This document shows positions 1-13,060 of a stretch of 64,000 nt of DNA, one piece after another. Below the pieces are notes generated by a model that searched no databases, was not told the DNA's origin, and saw only the letters and a program-made list of their open reading frames with translations. The DNA lies in the NCBI GenBank assembly GCA_965217185.1, contig OZ244252.1, positions 1 to 64,000 of the forward strand, in the 5' to 3' direction. The stretch's first letter is position 1, and each line of letters starts with the position of its first letter. Made by a program: the position numbers and the translations under genes. This DNA comes from an uncultured Candidatus Entotheonella sp. (lineage in GTDB: Bacteria; Tectomicrobia; Entotheonellia; Entotheonellales; Entotheonellaceae).

Positions 1-344
1 CGCACGGCACCTCGACGCCGTACAACGACAAGTATGAGACGCTGGCGATCAAGAAAGTCTTCGGCGACCATGCCTACCGTCTAGCCGTGAGTTCTACGAA
101 ATCGATGACCGGTCATTTGCTGGGCGCCGCCGGCGGCGTGGAAGGGGTTTTCACCGCACTTGCCGTGCGGCACGGCGTGGTGCCGCCGACCCGGAACTGG
201 GAGCATCTGGACGCGGATTGTGATCTCGACTACGTTCCGAACGAGGCGCGGAGGATGCCCGTGAGGGTGGCTATGTCCAACTCCCTGGGCTTTGGCGGAA
301 CGAATGCGTGCGTGGTCTTCAAGCAATATACGGAGCCGATATGA
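1..344 (+). CDS. fabF: 3-oxoacyl-ACP synthase II, C-terminal part (runs off the left edge)
   Basis: Frame from base 3 reads HGTSTPYND...[15 protein letters not shown]...[11 protein letters not shown], the KAS II motifs. Confidence 0.95.
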   Translation, partial: HGTSTPYNDKYETLAIKKVFGDHAYRLAVSSTKSMTGHLLGAAGGVEGVFTALAVRHGVVPPTRNWEHLDADCDLDYVPNEARRMPVRVAMSNSLGFGGTNACVVFKQYTEPI

Positions 345-1054
345 TCGCCCCCGGGCGTGCGGAACGTCTGGCCTTGTTTCAACGGCGCTTGGGATATTGC
401 TTTACGGTTTCCCAGCGGCTCGGCCGTGCGCTGACGCATCGTTCGTACACCGCTGAGGCAGCCGAGGACACAGGTGATTACGAGACCCTGGAGTTTCTGG
501 GTGATGCGGTTCTGGGGTTGATTCTGGGTACCTACCTGTACGAACGTTATCCCCATTGCAATGAGGGCCAACTGTCGCAAATGCGCTCGCGTCTGGTGAG
601 CGAGATCAGCTTGGCCGGCTTGGCGCGTCAGATCGATCTGGGAGACTTCCTGCTGCTCGGGCGGGGCGAAGAGAGTTCAGGCGGACGCCAGAAGGACTCC
701 TTGCTGGCTGCCGCGCTTGAGGCGGTGCTTGCTGCCTTGTATCTCGACGCTGGCTTGCAGCGCGCCCAAGAGGCTTTCCTGAGTTGCTTTGCCGAAGCCA
801 TCAAGCGGCGCTTGGCCTCGCCGCAGGGCCAGGATTACAAAGGGCTCCTCCAGCAAAAGGGGCTCGGAGCTTTCGGCTGCGTGCCGACCTATCAGACCGT
901 CCGCGAAGAAGGCCCCCCACATCAAAAAACGTTTCACGTGCGGCTGAGTCTGACACCCGAGTATGACTGCATCGGCATCGGCCCGAGCAAAAAAGCCGCC
1001 GGGCAAGACGCGGCTGAGCAGCTTCTCAGGCTGTTGCGCCAGCATGACATCTGA
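341..1054 (+). CDS. rnc: Ribonuclease III
   Basis: [17 protein letters not shown] signature and C-terminal dsRBD; ATG 341 overlaps the fabF stop (ATGA). Confidence 0.95.
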   Translation: MIAPGRAERLALFQRRLGYCFTVSQRLGRALTHRSYTAEAAEDTGDYETLEFLGDAVLGLILGTYLYERYPHCNEGQLSQMRSRLVSEISLAGLARQIDLGDFLLLGRGEESSGGRQKDSLLAAALEAVLAALYLDAGLQRAQEAFLSCFAEAIKRRLASPQGQDYKGLLQQKGLGAFGCVPTYQTVREEGPPHQKTFHVRLSLTPEYDCIGIGPSKKAAGQDAAEQLLRLLRQHDI

Positions 1055-1095
1055 CCCTGATCCTCCCTTATTTTCAACCTTGCGCAGCAGGCGCG

Positions 1096-1133
1096 GTGGA
1101 ATGTCGGATTACGCTTCGCTGATCCGACCTACA
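1096..1133 (-). repeat. GTAG-type REP-like palindromic repeat, copy 1
   Basis: Reverse complement TGTAGGTCGGATCAGCGAAGCGTAATCCGACATTCCAC; near-identical copies at 18211, 32974 and 52853. Confidence 0.9.
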
Positions 1134-1151
1134 GCTTGAGTGGAGAGGCGT

Positions 1152-2081
1152 GTGGCGGGAAGCGGTTTTTTTCAGCGTTTGCGTAGCGGATTGCAGAAGA
1201 CCCGGCAGAGCCTCATGGGGAGTCTCGAAGCCGTTTTCAGCCGCAAGCGGCTGGACATCGACACCCTTGAAGAACTGGAAGAGGCCTTGATTCTCGCCGA
1301 TCTCGGGGCGCGTACTGCCGACAAGGTGTTGCGAGAAGTCAACGCCCGCGTGAAGGACAAGACGATTGAGGCGGGGGACGGCCTGCGGGACGGGGTGATC
1401 GACATTCTGCGCGGCATCATGGCCGGAGCGATGCCGTCGGCGGCGGAGACAATCGGCCAGCCGCAGCCGTGGGTGCTGATGATGGTGGGGGTGAATGGGG
1501 TCGGCAAAACCACCACCCTGGGTAAGCTCGCGCATCATTTTCACCAGCAAGGCGGCAAGTCGCTGCTGGTAGCGGCTGATACCTTCCGCGCCGCGGCGAT
1601 TGAGCAGGCGGCGATCTGGGGCGAGCGCGCCGGTGTCGATGTCATCAAGGGCCAGCCGGGCGGCGACGCCGCGGCCGTTGCCTTTGACGCGGTTCAGGCC
1701 GCCTCTGCCCGGCACATGGACCGGGTGCTGATCGACACCGCGGGGCGTCTGCACACCAAGGCGCCGCTGATGGAAGAGTTGAAGAAAATGCAGCGCGTGC
1801 TCGGGCGTGCTCTGCCCGATGCGCCGCATGACATCTGGCTGGTTCTGGATGCCACCACCGGGCAAAACGGCATCGCCCAGGTGCGGCAGTTTCACGAGAG
1901 TCTTGGGCTTACCGGCTTGGTCCTGACCAAGCTGGACGGCACCTCGAAGGGGGGCATTGTCATCAACGTCGCTCAGGAATTTCAGTTGCCAATCCGCTAC
2001 ATCGGTGTCGGTGAGGGGGTGGACGATTTACGGCCGTTCGACGTCGCCGAATTTACGGCGGCCCTTTTTGACAAGGCATAG
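1152..2081 (+). CDS. ftsY: SRP receptor FtsY (GTG start 1152 after GGAGAGG; 1140 is an alternative)
   Basis: GVNGVGKTTT, DTFRAAA, DTAGR, TKLDGTSKGG motifs. Confidence 0.97.
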   Translation: MAGSGFFQRLRSGLQKTRQSLMGSLEAVFSRKRLDIDTLEELEEALILADLGARTADKVLREVNARVKDKTIEAGDGLRDGVIDILRGIMAGAMPSAAETIGQPQPWVLMMVGVNGVGKTTTLGKLAHHFHQQGGKSLLVAADTFRAAAIEQAAIWGERAGVDVIKGQPGGDAAAVAFDAVQAASARHMDRVLIDTAGRLHTKAPLMEELKKMQRVLGRALPDAPHDIWLVLDATTGQNGIAQVRQFHESLGLTGLVLTKLDGTSKGGIVINVAQEFQLPIRYIGVGEGVDDLRPFDVAEFTAALFDKA

Positions 2082-2101
2082 ATGGAAGAAGGATACGAAC
2101 C

Positions 2102-3218
<1,117 letters not shown>

Positions 3219-3223
3219 TCCCC

Positions 3224-4513
3224 ATGTACGAATTTTTCGTCAGTTTGCGATATCTCAAATCGCGCCGCCGGCAGGGATTCATCTCGCTGATTACCTTGAT
3301 CTCGGTGGGCGGGGTGGCGGTTGGCGTCATGGTGCTGATCGTCGTCTTGTCGGTGATGAGCGGATTTGAGACGACTCTCAAGGAGAAGCTCCTCGGCATC
3401 AATGCGCATCTGTGGGTTCTACCGCAGCGTACGGGGCAACTTCAGGGCTACCGGGATATGGCGAGCCGGATCGAGACCATACCCCGCGTGACACACGCGA
3501 CGCCGTTCACCGCTCACGAGGTGATGCTCATGGCCGGCCGGCGCGTTGCCGGGACGATCGTGCGGGGCATCGACCCCGATGAGAGGAGCCAGACGGGGGA
3601 TTTCGCCCGGCTGTTCGAGGGCCGAGACCTGACGGCGTTGCTCAACCCCCCAGCGCCCGATCCAGGCAGCGCTGATAGCGGCGCGTCCCAATCGGCGCGC
3701 CGCGGCATCGTGTTGGGCACGGAGTTGGCGCGCACCCTGCGCGTTGCCGCTGGAGAGCAGATCATTCTCAACTCGCCGCTGGGCATTCTTCAGCCGGCGG
3801 GCATCTTGCCCAATATGCGCGGCTTCACGGTTACCGGGACGTTTGAGACCGGCATGTACGAATACGACGCCAAGCTCGCCCTGATTTCCTTGGGCGAGGC
3901 GCAGGAGCTTTTCGATCTCGGGGAAGTCGTGCACGGCATCGAGGTTCGAGTGGACGACATCTACCGCGTGCGCGACGTGGCGGAAGCGACCGAGGCGCTG
4001 CTCGGGTCGGGCGTTTGGACGCGCGACTGGATGCAGATGAACCGAACGCTTTTTTCGGCACTGCGGCAGGAGCGGGTGCTGATGTTCATTATTCTAGTGC
4101 TGATCATCCTGGTGGCCGCCTTCAACATCATCAGCACGCTGATCATGATGGTGATGGAGAAGACCGGCGCCATTGCCATCCTGAAGGCCATGGGCGCAAG
4201 CAATCGGGGTATCTACCGCATCTTCATGATCCAGGGTCTGGTGATCGGCCTGTTCGGAATGGTCATTGGGACGATCGCCGGTTTGCTTCTGGCCTGGAAT
4301 CTGCCGGCTATCGCCACGGCGATCGAGGGCTGGCTGGGCATTCAGTTTTTCCCCCCGGACGTTTATGTCATTGATCAACTCCCTGTGGAAATCCGACCGC
4401 TGGATGTCGTTGCGATCGTGGTGACCTCGGTCTGCGTGAGCTTTCTGGCGACTCTGTACCCGGCTTGGAATGCCTCCCGGCTCGATCCCGTGGTAGCTTT
4501 GAGATATGAGTAG
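3224..4513 (+). CDS. lolE: Lipoprotein-releasing ABC transporter permease LolC/LolE family
   Basis: LRYL...FISLIT, VLSVMSGF, AAFNIISTLIMMVMEK, LYPAW.ASRLDP..ALRYE. Confidence 0.93.
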   Translation: MYEFFVSLRYLKSRRRQGFISLITLISVGGVAVGVMVLIVVLSVMSGFETTLKEKLLGINAHLWVLPQRTGQLQGYRDMASRIETIPRVTHATPFTAHEVMLMAGRRVAGTIVRGIDPDERSQTGDFARLFEGRDLTALLNPPAPDPGSADSGASQSARRGIVLGTELARTLRVAAGEQIILNSPLGILQPAGILPNMRGFTVTGTFETGMYEYDAKLALISLGEAQELFDLGEVVHGIEVRVDDIYRVRDVAEATEALLGSGVWTRDWMQMNRTLFSALRQERVLMFIILVLIILVAAFNIISTLIMMVMEKTGAIAILKAMGASNRGIYRIFMIQGLVIGLFGMVIGTIAGLLLAWNLPAIATAIEGWLGIQFFPPDVYVIDQLPVEIRPLDVVAIVVTSVCVSFLATLYPAWNASRLDPVVALRYE

Positions 4514-4521
4514 TTCATGCT

Positions 4522-5229
4522 ATGATTGAGCCACTTAACAGATGCGGCCTGAAGCCTGTGGTGATTTCGGTTGACAAGGTGTATAAGCGGTATGCTCAAA
4601 CCGATACCACGGTTGAGGTTTTGCAAGGCGTGCAGATGCAGATTGCCAGCCAGGAAATGGTGGCTATCGTAGGTCCTTCGGGCGCCGGGAAAAGCACGCT
4701 GCTGCATCTGATAGGCGGTCTGGACCGGCCGACGCAGGGCCGTATCTGTTGTGCCGGGGTCGACCTGTCGCAGCTTTCGGACCGGCGGTTGGCTGATTTC
4801 AGGAGTCGTCGTGTTGGTTTCGTCTTTCAGTTCCACCACCTCTTGCCCGAGTTTTCAGCTTTGGAAAATACCATGATGCCTGCCCTCATCCAGCGACGAC
4901 CCAAGCAAGAGGTAGAACACCAGGCGCGCCAGCTCTTGGCCAGCGTTGGGTTGGCTGATCGACTCCACCACCGGCCCGGCGCGCTTTCCGGCGGCGAGCA
5001 GCAGCGGGTTGCAGTCGCCAGAGCCCTTATCAACAACCCAGACGTTTTGTTAGCCGATGAGCCCACCGGGAATCTTGACCGTGCCACCGGTCAGACGATA
5101 CAAACGCTTCTGCGTCAACTGAATCAAGAATTGGGGCAAACGTTCGTCATTGTGACGCACGACCAGAAATTTGCTGCACACATGGACCGGGTGATATCCC
5201 TTGTTGATGGCAAAGTCAGCGCAGCCTGA
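4522..5229 (+). CDS. lolD: Lipoprotein-releasing ABC ATPase
   Basis: [45 protein letters not shown]. Confidence 0.93.
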   Translation: MIEPLNRCGLKPVVISVDKVYKRYAQTDTTVEVLQGVQMQIASQEMVAIVGPSGAGKSTLLHLIGGLDRPTQGRICCAGVDLSQLSDRRLADFRSRRVGFVFQFHHLLPEFSALENTMMPALIQRRPKQEVEHQARQLLASVGLADRLHHRPGALSGGEQQRVAVARALINNPDVLLADEPTGNLDRATGQTIQTLLRQLNQELGQTFVIVTHDQKFAAHMDRVISLVDGKVSAA

Positions 5230-5241
5230 GGAGATGTGACA

Positions 5242-7680
5242 ATGTTCAAGCGATTTACAGAACGGGCCAGACGGGTAATTATCCTCGCCAGAGAAGAAGC
5301 GGAGCGCCATCACCACGAGTATCTGGGGCCCGAGCACATCTTGCTGGGCATGCTGAAAGACGGGGGTGGCATTGCCATTACCGTGCTGCAGAAGGCCGGC
5401 TTGAGCATTGATCACGTTCGGATGGAAATCGAGCGCCACCTGCCGCGTAATGCCAACGCGCTGATCGTCGGCGAGATTCCGTTCACTCCGAAAGCCAAGA
5501 AGGTGCTGGAGTACGGTGTGGAAGAAGCCCGCCTCATGGGCCACAACTACATCGGTACCGAGCACCTGCTCCTTGGCCTCCTCAAGGAAAAAGAGGGCAT
5601 TGGTGCCAAGGTGCTGAATAATCTGGGTATCCGTCTCGTCGAAACGCGTGAAAAGATTCTCAACCTGCTGCAGGAACCCACGACGAAGACCAAGGAAAAA
5701 AGTAAGACCCCGGCGCTGGACGAATTCGGCCGCGACCTCACCGAGTTGGGCCAGAACGGCAAGCTTGACCCGGTCATCGGGCGCGAGAACGAGATTGAGC
5801 GCGTGGTGCAAATCCTGAGCCGGCGGACCAAGAACAACCCGGTGCTCATCGGCGAGCCCGGTGTCGGCAAGACGGCGATCGTGGAGGGGCTGGCGCAGCG
5901 TATCGTCAACCGCGAGGTGCCGCAGTTGCTGTTTGACCGCCGCGTGGTGGCTCTTGATCTCGGGGCATTGGTGGCCGGCACGAAGTATCGTGGCCAGTTC
6001 GAAGCGCGCATGAAGGCGATCATGAAAGAAATCGTGCAGGCGGAAAACATCATCATTTTTATCGATGAGTTGCACACCTTGGTGGGAGCCGGCGCTGCTG
6101 AGGGGTCCGTGGATGCCTCCAATATGCTCAAGCCGGCGCTGTCGCGCGGCGAGATTCAGTGCATCGGCGCTACGACCCTCGACGAGTACCGCAAATACAT
6201 TGAGAAGAATGGCGCTTTGGAGAGACGTTTTCAGCCCATTACGGTCGACCCGCCGAATGTCGAGGAAAGCATCGAAATCCTGCGCGGCTTGAAGGACCGA
6301 TATGAAGCCCATCACCACCTGCGCATTCCCGATGAGTCGATCGTGCAAGCCGTCAAGCTTTCTGCCCGTTACATCACCGACCGTTTTCTTCCCGATAAGG
6401 CCATCGACGTCATGGACGAGGCAGGCGCTCGCGTGCGCCTGCGAAGCGTGACGCCGCCGCCGATGATGCGTGACCTGCAGCGGCAAATTAACGAGATCGC
6501 CAAGTCGAAGAAGGAGAAGATCGAGAATCAGGAATTCGAGCGCGCCGTTGAATTGCGGGATCAGGAAGAGGGGATGCGGCGCCAGGTGGAAGACCTGAGG
6601 ACCGAGTGGGAAGAAGCACAAGAGGAATCCGAAATACCCGTGACAGAAGAGGACATGGCGTACGTTGTGTCCCGGATGACGGGTATCCCGCTGTCGAAGA
6701 TTGAGGAAGCCGAGTCGCGACGCTTGCTCAATATGGAGGCGGAGATCCACAATCGCGTGGTTGGCCAGGAGGAGGCGATTGCCGTAGTCACGCGGGCGAT
6801 CCGTCGCTCACGGGCCGGCCTCAAAGATCCGCGCCGTCCGGTGGGAACGTTCATTTTCCTGGGCCCCACGGGGGTTGGCAAAACCGAGTTGGCGCGTGCC
6901 CTCGCCGAGTTTCTGTTCGGTCACGAGAGTTCACTCATTCGGGTTGACATGTCGGAGTACATGGAACGTTTCAGCGTATCGCGCCTGATAGGGGCGCCTC
7001 CTGGATATGTGGGGTATGACGAGGGCGGACAGCTCACGGAGCAGGTGCGGCGGCGGCCATACTCGGTCGTGTTGCTCGACGAGATCGAGAAGGCGCACCC
7101 GGACGTCTATCACATGTTGCTTCAGGTCATGGACGACGGGCATCTCACCGACAGCTACGGGCGCAAGGTGGACTTCAAGAACGTCGTGCTCATCATGACC
7201 TCGAACGTAAGCGCTCGCACGATCGAGAAAAACACGGCGATCGGCTTCCAGAGGGATGAGGAGGGCACGTTCGAGAAGATCAAAGAGAACGTCATGAACG
7301 AGCTCAAGCGCACCTTCAACCCTGAGTTTCTCAATCGTATCGACGAAGCGATTATGTTCCACTCGTTGAGCCTTGACCATATGCGGTACATTGTGGACAT
7401 CCTACTTGGCCGTTTGAACGAGCAGATGGCCGACAACGGTATCACGCTCGAGATTGACGACAGCGCTAAGACTTGGCTGGCGGAGCAGGGATACGATCCG
7501 GCTTATGGTGCGCGGCCCCTGAAGCGCGCCATCCAACGCCACATTGAAGACCCTCTGTCCGAGGAGGTGCTGCGTGGCGAGTTTGCGCAAGGCGGCGTCG
7601 TGGAGATCAAGCTGGCAGGGGAAGAATTGGTGTTCCTCTCCAAGGAGGAAGATGCGGTGGAAACCCTGTCCGATAGCTAA
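5242..7680 (+). CDS. clpC: ATP-dependent Clp protease ATPase subunit, ClpC-type
   Basis: Double Clp N-domain, two AAA+ modules ([16 protein letters not shown]), UVR-like M domain, IGF ClpP-docking loop. Confidence 0.93.
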   Translation: MFKRFTERARRVIILAREEAERHHHEYLGPEHILLGMLKDGGGIAITVLQKAGLSIDHVRMEIERHLPRNANALIVGEIPFTPKAKKVLEYGVEEARLMGHNYIGTEHLLLGLLKEKEGIGAKVLNNLGIRLVETREKILNLLQEPTTKTKEKSKTPALDEFGRDLTELGQNGKLDPVIGRENEIERVVQILSRRTKNNPVLIGEPGVGKTAIVEGLAQRIVNREVPQLLFDRRVVALDLGALVAGTKYRGQFEARMKAIMKEIVQAENIIIFIDELHTLVGAGAAEGSVDASNMLKPALSRGEIQCIGATTLDEYRKYIEKNGALERRFQPITVDPPNVEESIEILRGLKDRYEAHHHLRIPDESIVQAVKLSARYITDRFLPDKAIDVMDEAGARVRLRSVTPPPMMRDLQRQINEIAKSKKEKIENQEFERAVELRDQEEGMRRQVEDLRTEWEEAQEESEIPVTEEDMAYVVSRMTGIPLSKIEEAESRRLLNMEAEIHNRVVGQEEAIAVVTRAIRRSRAGLKDPRRPVGTFIFLGPTGVGKTELARALAEFLFGHESSLIRVDMSEYMERFSVSRLIGAPPGYVGYDEGGQLTEQVRRRPYSVVLLDEIEKAHPDVYHMLLQVMDDGHLTDSYGRKVDFKNVVLIMTSNVSARTIEKNTAIGFQRDEEGTFEKIKENVMNELKRTFNPEFLNRIDEAIMFHSLSLDHMRYIVDILLGRLNEQMADNGITLEIDDSAKTWLAEQGYDPAYGARPLKRAIQRHIEDPLSEEVLRGEFAQGGVVEIKLAGEELVFLSKEEDAVETLSDS

Positions 7681-7710
7681 CCGGGGTTCCGGTGTCCCGA
7701 TGTAAGTTCC

Positions 7711-7744
7711 AAGGCCCGGTGGGGAAAATTCTCCATCGGGCTTT
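7711..7744 (+). terminator. Stem-loop between clpC and bamA (terminator or stability element)
   Basis: AAGGCCCGGTGGGGA-AAAT-TCTCCATCGGGCTTT pairs over 15 bp with G-U pairs; only a short U tail. Confidence 0.45.
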
Positions 7745-7825
7745 GGCGTGTCTGGAGGAAGGTAAGACATTGGACCGGGTGCCGTACCTAGGGGTTCGGC
7801 TGGCGGTGGCGGGAGAACGTGGTTC

Positions 7826-10072
7826 ATGACGTGGCAAAGATGGTTCGGTCTGATCGTGTTGCTGTCGAGTCTCCTGATATTCGCTTGCAACGCAGCGGCG
7901 CAAGTCGGACCGGGTGCCATCGTCCGTGACATTGAGATTCGCGGCAATCGTCTGACCCAAGAGTCCACCATCCGGTTCTATCTGGAAACGGAGGCAGGCA
8001 AGGTCTACGTTCCCCGAACCCTGAGCGAAGACGTCAAGCGGTTGTACGCCCTGGAAACTTTCGACAATATCCGGGTGACGGCGGAAGAAATCGAAGGCGG
8101 CATGCGCCTGATTATCACAGTCACTGAAAAACCCACCGTGCGCCGGGTAACCTACTCGGGCAACCGGGCGATCCCGGAGGATGAAATCGACGAGCGTATC
8201 CAACTCAAGGAACGTTCGACTTTCGACCGCGGCCTCCTCAACGACACAATCACCGGTTTGCAGAATCATTACCGTGAATCCGGCTATTATTTTGCCCACG
8301 TGCGTCCCGATATTACGCCGGTAGCCGATAATCAGGTCGATATCGAGCTGATTATCACCGAGGGTAGGCGAATCCGCATCCGCAGGATTCAGTTCACCGG
8401 CAACACGTACTTCACCGACAACCAATTGCGCAAGGAAGTCCAACTCCAGGAATACTTCCTGCCGATTGTGAGCGATTCGGCGTCGCTCTACCGGCCCGAG
8501 GTGCTGCGGGTCGATCTCCAGCTTCTGGAGCAGTTATACCAGAGCAACGGCTTCGTGAACGTGCAGATTGGCGAGCCCGTTGTCGAGATCAACCGGGAAG
8601 CCGGCGCCATCGCCGTTACCGTGCCCATTGCACGGGAGGGCGAGCAGTACAAGGTCGGCACCGTCGTCCTCACCGGCAGCGAGGTGTTCAGCTCGGAGGA
8701 ACTGCGCGGTCTCGTTCGCGTCACCAGCGGCGAAATATACAGCCGAGAGACAGTGCGGCGCGATATTCTCACCCTGACGGAGGCATACGCCGACAAGGGC
8801 TACGCCTTTGCCGACATCGTCCCAACGGTATCCCTCGACCAACAGACCCGGCTGGTCAATCTCGGCTTTACGACCCATCCGGGTCCCAAGGTTTATATCG
8901 GGCGGATCGATATCATCGGTAACGAGCGTACCCAAGACCGGGTCATTCGCCGCGAATTGCGGCTCGACGAAGGGGAACTGTACAGCGGTAGCAAGCTGCG
9001 CCGGTCGCGTCAGCGACTCAATAATCTGCAGTACTTCGAAGAGGTCAATATCGACACCAGGCCTCGTGCCGAGGACGACCTGCTCGACCTTGAGGTGCAG
9101 CTGAGAGAGCGCTCAACTGGACAATTCAGCGCCGGGCTTGGATTCAGTTCGGTTGAAGACGTCATCTTCACGGTTTCTGTGGTGCAGAACAATCTCTTCG
9201 GCCGCGGTCAGACGGTGAGGGCGAATGCGTATATTGGCGGCATCTCGCAGGACTTTTCCCTTTCCTTCCGTGAGCCATGGCTCTATGGTCGGCCCATAAG
9301 CCTTGGGGCAAGCGTCTTTAACCGTTCAGAGGATTTTCAGACCTTCGACGTGGACCGCACGGGCGTCAGCCTGAGCCTCGGGCGCGCGATCGGCGAATTC
9401 GCCCGCATTTCGGCCGCTTACCGATACGAGGTGCTCGACATCAGCAATCTGAGCGCCAACGCCTCCCCATTACTTCGGCAGTCGCAGGGTAAATCGACAA
9501 CCAGCAGCGTTACCCCAAGCATCTTGCGAGACTCGCGCGACAACGTGTTCAACCCGTCGGAAGGCTCGGTCAATTCGTTTGAGATCCAGCTTGCGGGCTT
9601 GGGCGGCGACAACCGCTACTACAGGGCGATTGGCAATTCCACCTGGTATTTCGCGCTACCCGCTGAAATGACAGGCTTCGTGCGCGGCCGGTTCGGTTTT
9701 GGCGACGGCTTTGGTGACAAGGAACTGCCGCCGTCGGAGCGATTTTTCCTCGGCGGTGTCACGACCATACGCGGTTTCGAGTTCCGCGATATAGGGCCAG
9801 AGGACGGTACCGGCGGTACGTCCTTCGTACAGTTCAACATCGAGATCGGCAGGAGCCTCGGCAGCGTGCTGCGAGTGGTCACGTTCGTTGACGCGGGTAA
9901 CGTGTACGATTCCGATAATGACTTCGACATAGGCAGTCTGCGCCGTAGTGCCGGGCTCGGCATCCGTATCGTAACGCCAATAGGGCCGATTCGCCTGGAC
10001 TATGGTTTTAAGCTGGATAAGAAGCCGGGTGAATCCGCCGGTAGATTGGGCTTCCTCTTGGGCACCTTTTAA
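7826..10072 (+). CDS. bamA: Outer membrane protein assembly factor BamA
   Basis: Signal peptide, POTRA repeats (GN.RT.DRVIRRE), IRGF motif, C-terminal Phe. Confidence 0.96.
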   Translation: MTWQRWFGLIVLLSSLLIFACNAAAQVGPGAIVRDIEIRGNRLTQESTIRFYLETEAGKVYVPRTLSEDVKRLYALETFDNIRVTAEEIEGGMRLIITVTEKPTVRRVTYSGNRAIPEDEIDERIQLKERSTFDRGLLNDTITGLQNHYRESGYYFAHVRPDITPVADNQVDIELIITEGRRIRIRRIQFTGNTYFTDNQLRKEVQLQEYFLPIVSDSASLYRPEVLRVDLQLLEQLYQSNGFVNVQIGEPVVEINREAGAIAVTVPIAREGEQYKVGTVVLTGSEVFSSEELRGLVRVTSGEIYSRETVRRDILTLTEAYADKGYAFADIVPTVSLDQQTRLVNLGFTTHPGPKVYIGRIDIIGNERTQDRVIRRELRLDEGELYSGSKLRRSRQRLNNLQYFEEVNIDTRPRAEDDLLDLEVQLRERSTGQFSAGLGFSSVEDVIFTVSVVQNNLFGRGQTVRANAYIGGISQDFSLSFREPWLYGRPISLGASVFNRSEDFQTFDVDRTGVSLSLGRAIGEFARISAAYRYEVLDISNLSANASPLLRQSQGKSTTSSVTPSILRDSRDNVFNPSEGSVNSFEIQLAGLGGDNRYYRAIGNSTWYFALPAEMTGFVRGRFGFGDGFGDKELPPSERFFLGGVTTIRGFEFRDIGPEDGTGGTSFVQFNIEIGRSLGSVLRVVTFVDAGNVYDSDNDFDIGSLRRSAGLGIRIVTPIGPIRLDYGFKLDKKPGESAGRLGFLLGTF

Positions 10073-10114
10073 GGCGCAAGACATGATTTTAACTTGGCAG
10101 AAAAAGGAGTGCAG

Positions 10115-10711
10115 ATGGCACGTCCATGGAGTTTTAAAAAGCCGGGACTCCTGATGTTGGCATTCGTCGTGAGCCTGGGCTTGGCTGGCATGGTTCAGGC
10201 GCAGGGCGTCAAGGTGGGAGTGGTCGATTTGCAAGCGGTACTGGATGGCTCGGTGCGCGGCAAGGCTGCGAAGGAGCGTCTGAAGGAACTCGGCGATCAG
10301 TTGCAGCGCGAGATTCAAGCCAAGCGCGAATTCAAGGAGCGCAAGGAGGAAGAGCTGCAAAATCTTCGCAGCGAGATCCAACGGCAGGGTCTCGTGCTCA
10401 GTGGGCAGGCGCGCATGGGGAAGGAAGAGGAATTCCGCAAGAGTATCCGGGAACTGAAGCGTTTTATCGACGATACCAATAATTTCATCGACGACGCCAC
10501 ACAGGAATTCCGCGAGAAGGAGGTTCGCGAAACCCAATTGCTGCTCGTTGCTATCCGGGACGTCGTGCGCGAGGTCGGCACGCGCGGTCAATACACCTTG
10601 ATCCTGGAGGGTAACGACAGCGCCGCGCTTGTTCTCTACATTGATGCCACCGTTGATCTTACCGAAGAGGTCATTCAGTTGTTTGATCAGACGTCGGCCG
10701 AGGCCGAATAA
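10115..10711 (+). CDS. skp: OmpH/Skp periplasmic chaperone
   Basis: Signal peptide, KVGVVDLQ, coiled coil, DLTEEVI; lies between bamA and lpxD. Confidence 0.9.
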   Translation: MARPWSFKKPGLLMLAFVVSLGLAGMVQAQGVKVGVVDLQAVLDGSVRGKAAKERLKELGDQLQREIQAKREFKERKEEELQNLRSEIQRQGLVLSGQARMGKEEEFRKSIRELKRFIDDTNNFIDDATQEFREKEVRETQLLLVAIRDVVREVGTRGQYTLILEGNDSAALVLYIDATVDLTEEVIQLFDQTSAEAE

Positions 10712-10722
10712 CCTGCGAGGGG

Positions 10723-11766
10723 ATGGTCATGCGTGCGACGCTGGCCGAATTAGCGCAGTTGCTCGAAGCTGAGATCGTCGGTGACGGGCAGATGACGATC
10801 TGCGGTCTTGCGTCCCTCGAGGAAGCAAAGGCCGGTGATTTGGCCTTCGTGGCTGGCGACCGTAACGCCCGGGGTCGTCTCGCCGCGTCGCATGCCAGTG
10901 CGGTTCTCGTCGCACCGGATATGCCGGTGGATCGGCCGGCTCTTCGCGTGCCCGATCCGTATCTCGGATTCATCTGCTTGGTTGAGGAATACTTCCCACA
11001 GCAGCACCCGGCCTGGGGTATCGATGCCCTCGCCGTGCTGGCCCCGGACGTTGTGGTGGGTCAGCGCGTGAGCGTTGGGCCGTGTGTGGTGATCGGTAGG
11101 GGCACCCGGTTGGAAGACGATGTTGTCATCTATCCTGGAACCTACATTGGACCCGGGTGCCACATCGGACCGGAATGCGTCTTATATGCCAACGTGAGCC
11201 TGTACTCTCAGGTGACACTGGGGCGTGGCGTGGTCATTCACAGCGGCGCGGTCATTGGTGCGGATGGCTTCGGGTACCGCCGCTTGGACGGCGGGGACTA
11301 CCGCAAGATCCCTCAGATTGGCGGCGTCCTTATTGGCGACGGCGTAGAGATCGGCGCCAATACGTGCATTGACCGTGCCACCCTCGGCAACACGGTCGTT
11401 GAGGTCGGGGCGAAGCTTGACAACCTTGTGCAGATTGGACACAACAGTACGGTGGGGGCTTACACCGTTGTGGCCGGGCAGGCGGGGGTGTCGGGAAGCG
11501 TGCGGGTGGGTACCGGGGTGCGCATGGGCGGGCAGGCCGGCATCGCAGATCACGTGACTGTCGGCGATGGGGCGGCCATCGCCGGGCAAGCCGGCGTGGC
11601 GGCCGATGTGGAACCCGACACGACGGTGTTCGGTTCGCCGGCAGTTCCCTCAACCCTTGCCAAGCGAGCACATCTCTATGGGCTGAAGCTTGGGGAATTG
11701 TTTCAAAGTGTCAAGCGGCTTCAGCGGCGCCTTGAGGCGCTCGAGAGCCGAAGCGAGGGGAAATGA
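10723..11766 (+). CDS. lpxD: UDP-3-O-acylglucosamine N-acyltransferase
   Basis: Hexapeptide repeats, [29 protein letters not shown]. Confidence 0.97.
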   Translation: MVMRATLAELAQLLEAEIVGDGQMTICGLASLEEAKAGDLAFVAGDRNARGRLAASHASAVLVAPDMPVDRPALRVPDPYLGFICLVEEYFPQQHPAWGIDALAVLAPDVVVGQRVSVGPCVVIGRGTRLEDDVVIYPGTYIGPGCHIGPECVLYANVSLYSQVTLGRGVVIHSGAVIGADGFGYRRLDGGDYRKIPQIGGVLIGDGVEIGANTCIDRATLGNTVVEVGAKLDNLVQIGHNSTVGAYTVVAGQAGVSGSVRVGTGVRMGGQAGIADHVTVGDGAAIAGQAGVAADVEPDTTVFGSPAVPSTLAKRAHLYGLKLGELFQSVKRLQRRLEALESRSEGK

Positions 11767-12230
11767 TGTCACTGGGACCGGAAGATATTTTGGCGTTGTT
11801 GCCGCATCGGTACCCTTTCATTTTGGTGGATCGCATCCGGGAAATTCAGCCGGACCAGTACGCCATCGGGGTCAAGAACGTCAGCCTCAATGAGCCGTTC
11901 TTTCAGGGGCATTTCCCGCATTATCGAGTGATGCCCGGCGTGCTCATCGTTGAGGCCATGGCGCAAGTTGCCGGCGTCCTTGTTGGCTATTCAAAACCAC
12001 AGGCGGTTACCAGCACCCGGTTGCCGCTGCTCGCGGGCGTCGATCATTGTCGATTCAGGCGTCAGGTTGTGCCGGGGGATCAACTCGTCATACGCCTTGA
12101 GGTAGTACGGCGGCACGGTTCACTCTGGCGCGTCGCGGGTCAGGCCTGTGTGGACGGAGAACTGGCGGCGCAGGCCCAACTGCTGGTGTTTCTCGGCGAC
12201 AAACCCAACGCCGAAGAAGAGGCCCAATAA
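11763..12230 (+). CDS. fabZ: 3-hydroxyacyl-ACP dehydratase
   Basis: [30 protein letters not shown]. Confidence 0.97.
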   Translation: MMSLGPEDILALLPHRYPFILVDRIREIQPDQYAIGVKNVSLNEPFFQGHFPHYRVMPGVLIVEAMAQVAGVLVGYSKPQAVTSTRLPLLAGVDHCRFRRQVVPGDQLVIRLEVVRRHGSLWRVAGQACVDGELAAQAQLLVFLGDKPNAEEEAQ

Positions 12231-13060
12231 TGCGGATCGACCCGCGGGCGATTGTCGACCCGAGCGCCAACTTGGCCGAGGACGCCGTCGTTGGCCCCTT
12301 CAGTATCGTCGAGGCGGGCGTCACCATCGGCGCCGGTACCGTGATTGGTTCCCACGTTGTTATCGAATCAGGTACCACCGTCGGCGCGCGGTGCCGCATC
12401 GGCAACGGCGCCAAGCTGGGTGGCGCTGCCCAAGACGTGAGCTATGAGGGCGGGGCGAGTTACCTGAACATCGGCGACGAGTGCGACATTCGTGAGCTGG
12501 CCGTCATCCACTGTAGCGCGGCAACGGGTGGCTGTACGAAAATCGGATCGCACAACTTCATCATGTCGCAAGCCCACATCGCTCACGACTGTGTTCTCGG
12601 CGATCATGTCATCGTGGCCAGCTTGACGGCCTTGGCGGGTCACGTCGAGGTCGAAGACTGGGCGGTGGTGGGAGGCGTAACCGGCGTCCATCAATTCGTG
12701 CGTATCGGCACGCACAGCATGGTAGGGGGCGCCTCGCGTCTGATTCAGGACGCGCCACCCTATATGCGCACTGCAGGCAGCCCGGCACTGGTGCGCGGCG
12801 TGAATACCATAGGCCTGAGGCGATCGGGGTTTGCACCGAAACAGCGTAAGGAGCTCAAAGACGTCTACCGTTTGCTCTACCGTTCGGATTTGAATATCAC
12901 GCAAGTTCTTGATACATTGCGGCACCAGCCACACCTCAGCGCACCCGTGGCTCACTTGGTGCGCTTCATCGAACGGTCCAAACGGGGCCTCTGCTCATCA
13001 CCACGCAAGTCGTCCAGCCATGATACGGAAGGTGAAGGGGAACAATGGAACAAAAACTGA
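12230..13060 (+). CDS. lpxA: Acyl-ACP--UDP-N-acetylglucosamine acyltransferase
   Basis: Hexapeptide repeats, HIAHDC, LAGHV, VHQFVRIG, helical C-terminus. Confidence 0.95.
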   Translation: MRIDPRAIVDPSANLAEDAVVGPFSIVEAGVTIGAGTVIGSHVVIESGTTVGARCRIGNGAKLGGAAQDVSYEGGASYLNIGDECDIRELAVIHCSAATGGCTKIGSHNFIMSQAHIAHDCVLGDHVIVASLTALAGHVEVEDWAVVGGVTGVHQFVRIGTHSMVGGASRLIQDAPPYMRTAGSPALVRGVNTIGLRRSGFAPKQRKELKDVYRLLYRSDLNITQVLDTLRHQPHLSAPVAHLVRFIERSKRGLCSSPRKSSSHDTEGEGEQWNKN

